A DNA stretch of 64,000 nucleotides. It comes from Marsupella aquatica (Eukaryota > Plantae > Marchantiophyta). The translations under genes and the position numbers were made by a program. The stretch is taken from the NCBI GenBank assembly GCA_973895155.1, contig OZ316896.1, positions 16,285,752 through 16,349,751 of the forward strand, in the 5' to 3' direction. Within the stretch, counting starts at the first letter, position 1, and every line of letters begins with the position of its first letter. Of this stretch, positions 61,167-64,000 are shown piece after piece. The notes below the pieces were generated by a model. The model was given only the letters and a program-made list of their open reading frames with translations. It was not told the DNA's origin and made no database searches.

Positions 61167-62039
61167 ATCTGGAGTTCCAGGCCACCTATGACTTATCTAA
61201 TAGGAAGCTCTTGGACTAATTGTGGAGTTCCAACTATGAATCATGGATGACCTGCGGACGTGATGACTGTAATTACACTTGTATATCATATCATATATCA
61301 CTAGGCATAATACTTAGAGATATCACTAGTTCCTGTTGTGAATTGGAAAATACCAAAGTCTCAGTCGTTGATTGGAGGCCATTCATCCCATCCAATGCAT
61401 GAGGATGCAAATCTCAGTGAGAGGGTGCTGCAATTATTATCTTAACGAAGTAGATGTAGTGGTGGAAAGAGGTACCTCATAATCATGATCTGCCTTCATC
61501 ATTATCTAGGCTTCTTGTACGTCTGGAGGATATATTTGAGTTATTGACGCTCCTGAACCAAATGACACTTTGGTGATCCGATTCAGAATGCGATAGGGAC
61601 TACTTCTGCCTATTTGGCCCTTCTTAGTTGGCACCTGTACTCAAAAGTGTAGTGAAACAGACTCTAATGAACTAAGCTAAACTTCGGGATTCTTTGTACA
61701 AGCTAACTTACGTCTGATCGTCATCAAAGCTTGAAATTAGAAAGGTGAGCTAAATAAGCGGCAGTTTTATTGAGCTCGAACCAAGCTCTTATGCCCAATT
61801 GTATTTTTATATGAATTTCGTGCGGGCGGCCATTTTAAATCGTTTAAGCCCTCGAAGCAAATAAGTTGCTCGAACAAGAATTGCACTGATTGAATTACAT
61901 GGAGATTGAATTACATGGAGATACCGCACTTGACTGATAAAGTTTCTACATACTAACCTCCTGAGAATCGGCTCGGACCAACTTTCGGAAACCCTCCAGT
62001 TATATACGAGTCCGTCTCTACACAATTAAGATCAATAGT

Positions 62040-62192
62040 GACGTTTGGAATTGATGTTAGCACTAGTACTTCGAACACCAAAGTACTGGACGGTGTTACC
62101 ATTCAAATTCCTTGAGACGTTTGGAATTGATGTTCGCACTAGTACTTCGAACACCAAAGTACTGGACGGTGTTACCATTCAAATTCCTTGAG
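62040..62192. repeat. Near-perfect two-copy 76-bp tandem duplication upstream of the BTB gene
   Basis: GACGTTTGGAATTGATGTT(A/C)GCACTAGTACTTCGAACACCAAAGTACTGGACGGTGTTACCATTCAAATTCCTTGA starts at 62040 and 62116; one mismatch seen. Confidence 0.95.
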
Positions 62193-62649
62193 GATCATTA
62201 CGGTCTACTAACGAGTTACGTGACCCAGATTCGATCGACTCCTCTACGTTCGAGTACACAGTACTCCAACTGAATTTACGATCGACCTGACTTCTTCCCG
62301 CTCAACTGCTCAACTGTGAGAAGGTGTCCAAGTGTATATATATATTCGAGGATAATAAATTCTGGGCAACTGCAATGTGTGACGTGCGCACTACTGCGAT
62401 TCATATTCGTAAAACGAATGCAATTTCATGAGTTGAGTGCCTTTGATATCAAGAGACTGGCGTGCTCACTTACATGTAGTTTGTCGGTAACATCTTCGTG
62501 CTAGGAAACTTACTACGCTCAGCGGGCAAATCAAGCAGCTGCATCCATCTCATTTTTTGAGCTTTATATGTAGAGTAGGAATACATACGCAGAGCATCCT
62601 GTTCCTGAAATCCAAATTGGAAAACATTCATCTTTTATATTCGGGATTC

Positions 62650-63793
62650 ATGGGGAAGAAGGAATGTTGTACTCGCTGTTTAAAGTTGTATAGGAATTCT
62701 AATTCTCCCAATTGGGGAAGCAGCACTGTTGTGCAAATCCCGAGCTGCCCCAGGTGTCTCGTGCGTCATGAGAATGAAGTCTACAAGATCAATAGTGACT
62801 TTGAAACGAAGAAAGAATCTTACGAAAATGAGTTGTCAAAGAGTGCGCAAGAGTTGCTCGTACAGAAAACGATGTACGAGGAATTGATTTCGGTCCTGAG
62901 GCTCGAGGTGAACCAGCTTAAGGCTGATAACAAGGAGGAGCGAAGTAAAGTGAAATTTTTGCAAGTTTTCCGCAGTTCTTCTCAACATGATGTAGTACTC
63001 GAAGTTCCTGGCCTCCAAGTCAGTGCACACCGCGCCATCCTGGTGAGAAATCCATATTTTTCTTATAATTTCTGCTGATGAATGAAGTAACATACAGTCT
63101 AGCGCCAGATTAACTTTTCTTCAAAATGCTCGTTTTGACGTGGAGCGAAAACCTCGTTCGATTGTCCAGATCGAGCATCATTCTGGGGCTTTCTTCCGAA
63201 GTGACCTTTTGGGGCAGTGCTTAGGGATGTCATCGTTTTACTTGGAAACGTACATTAATTTGGTGTCAAAGAATCATTCTCGGAATCATTCAGCTATCAG
63301 AGCATTCGTTTGAGACTACTGGACATGCTGATGGCAAATGGTAGATGAGAGCATATCCTTTGTGTGCATTTTCCTGTTTGTTTGCGTTGACAGTGTGTTT
63401 CTACATGATGTACAGGCTGCGAGGTCACCGATCTTCCAGATGATGGTCCACAGTGGAACTGCAGAAAACCTGCCCAAGGTGATTTTAGTAGAGGATATAT
63501 CTCCTCCAGTCCTTGAAGCGATAGTAGATTTCTGCTACTCTGGGGAATTCTCATTTACGGAACTTGTGCCTCCTGAAGAGGTTCTCAAAATTGCACACAC
63601 GATGGAGCTTGCTCGTCTGAAGGAGCTTTGTGACATTGAGCTTTGCAGTGGGGTAACTGTAGAAAACGTACCACAGATGCTCAAGCTCTCGAGAAGGTTT
63701 TCAGCAATCAAACTTGAAGCAGCAGTAGGGAAGGTCTTCCAGGATCATTTCGAAATGCTGAAAGATAAAGTTTATGGTGCTTTGGAAGGCTAG
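62650..63793 (+). CDS. BTB/POZ-domain protein (At3g56230/At1g01640-like: N-terminal CxxC pairs, coiled coil, BTB, BACK-like), ~256 aa
   Basis: Exons 62650-63042 and 63416-63793 (phase 0): CTRC...CPRC, predicted coiled coil, then HDVVL...VSAHRAIL|AARSPIFQMM...VLEAIVDFCYSG...LKELCDIEL...VENV. Confidence 0.9.
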
Positions 63794-64000
63794 GACCTGA
63801 TACGGTCACAAATTTCAATTTTATGGCTGAGGAACGGGCTGAGGGGACTCTGGATTTTGAGGACTTTAAACTCGCCTAGATTCATCCGTGAGGTTCCACA
63901 GATAGCACTAGTTTTCGTATAACTCCGGGATTCCCGATCGATGAATATGACAGAATTTCATGTGTAAGTAGCTAATTAAATTCCAAAACAAAGTGGATTG

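Noticed and set aside
61158-61167. TTGGACTGAA match to the 5' half of miR319
   Set aside because: It is the LD-stop codons of the CorA-like CDS; the rest of the miRNA and a hairpin partner are absent.

Overview
Eukaryotic land-plant nuclear DNA with GT-AG introns; gene content and style suggest a bryophyte, possibly a liverwort (inference, not established). I reconstructed nine protein-coding genes by hand: the 3' part of pTAC3, an At4g08330-like Zn-ribbon protein, PRP18, an MRS2/MGT Mg2+ transporter, a TFIIIC subunit 6-like protein, a carbonyl reductase-type SDR, an intronless G-type lectin S-receptor-like kinase, an intronless CorA-like protein and a BTB/POZ protein. Between them lie repeat-rich blocks (~17-24 kb, ~29.5-34.8 kb, ~54.7-58.5 kb). 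These contain a decayed PIF/Harbinger element interrupted by a long-TIR MITE with a clean target-site duplication, a GC-skewed non-autonomous element with an 8-bp TSD, and an array of ~66-bp repeats that each carry a TGACAC...GTGTCA palindrome. The most notable points are that hairpin array, the kinase lacking its catalytic Asp (HCN for HxD), the GTN motif of the CorA-like protein, and a candidate unannotated transcription unit with a fold-back at ~11.2-12.3 kb. I recognised no rRNA, tRNA or CRISPR array. Exon coordinates were read by eye and no database search was run.
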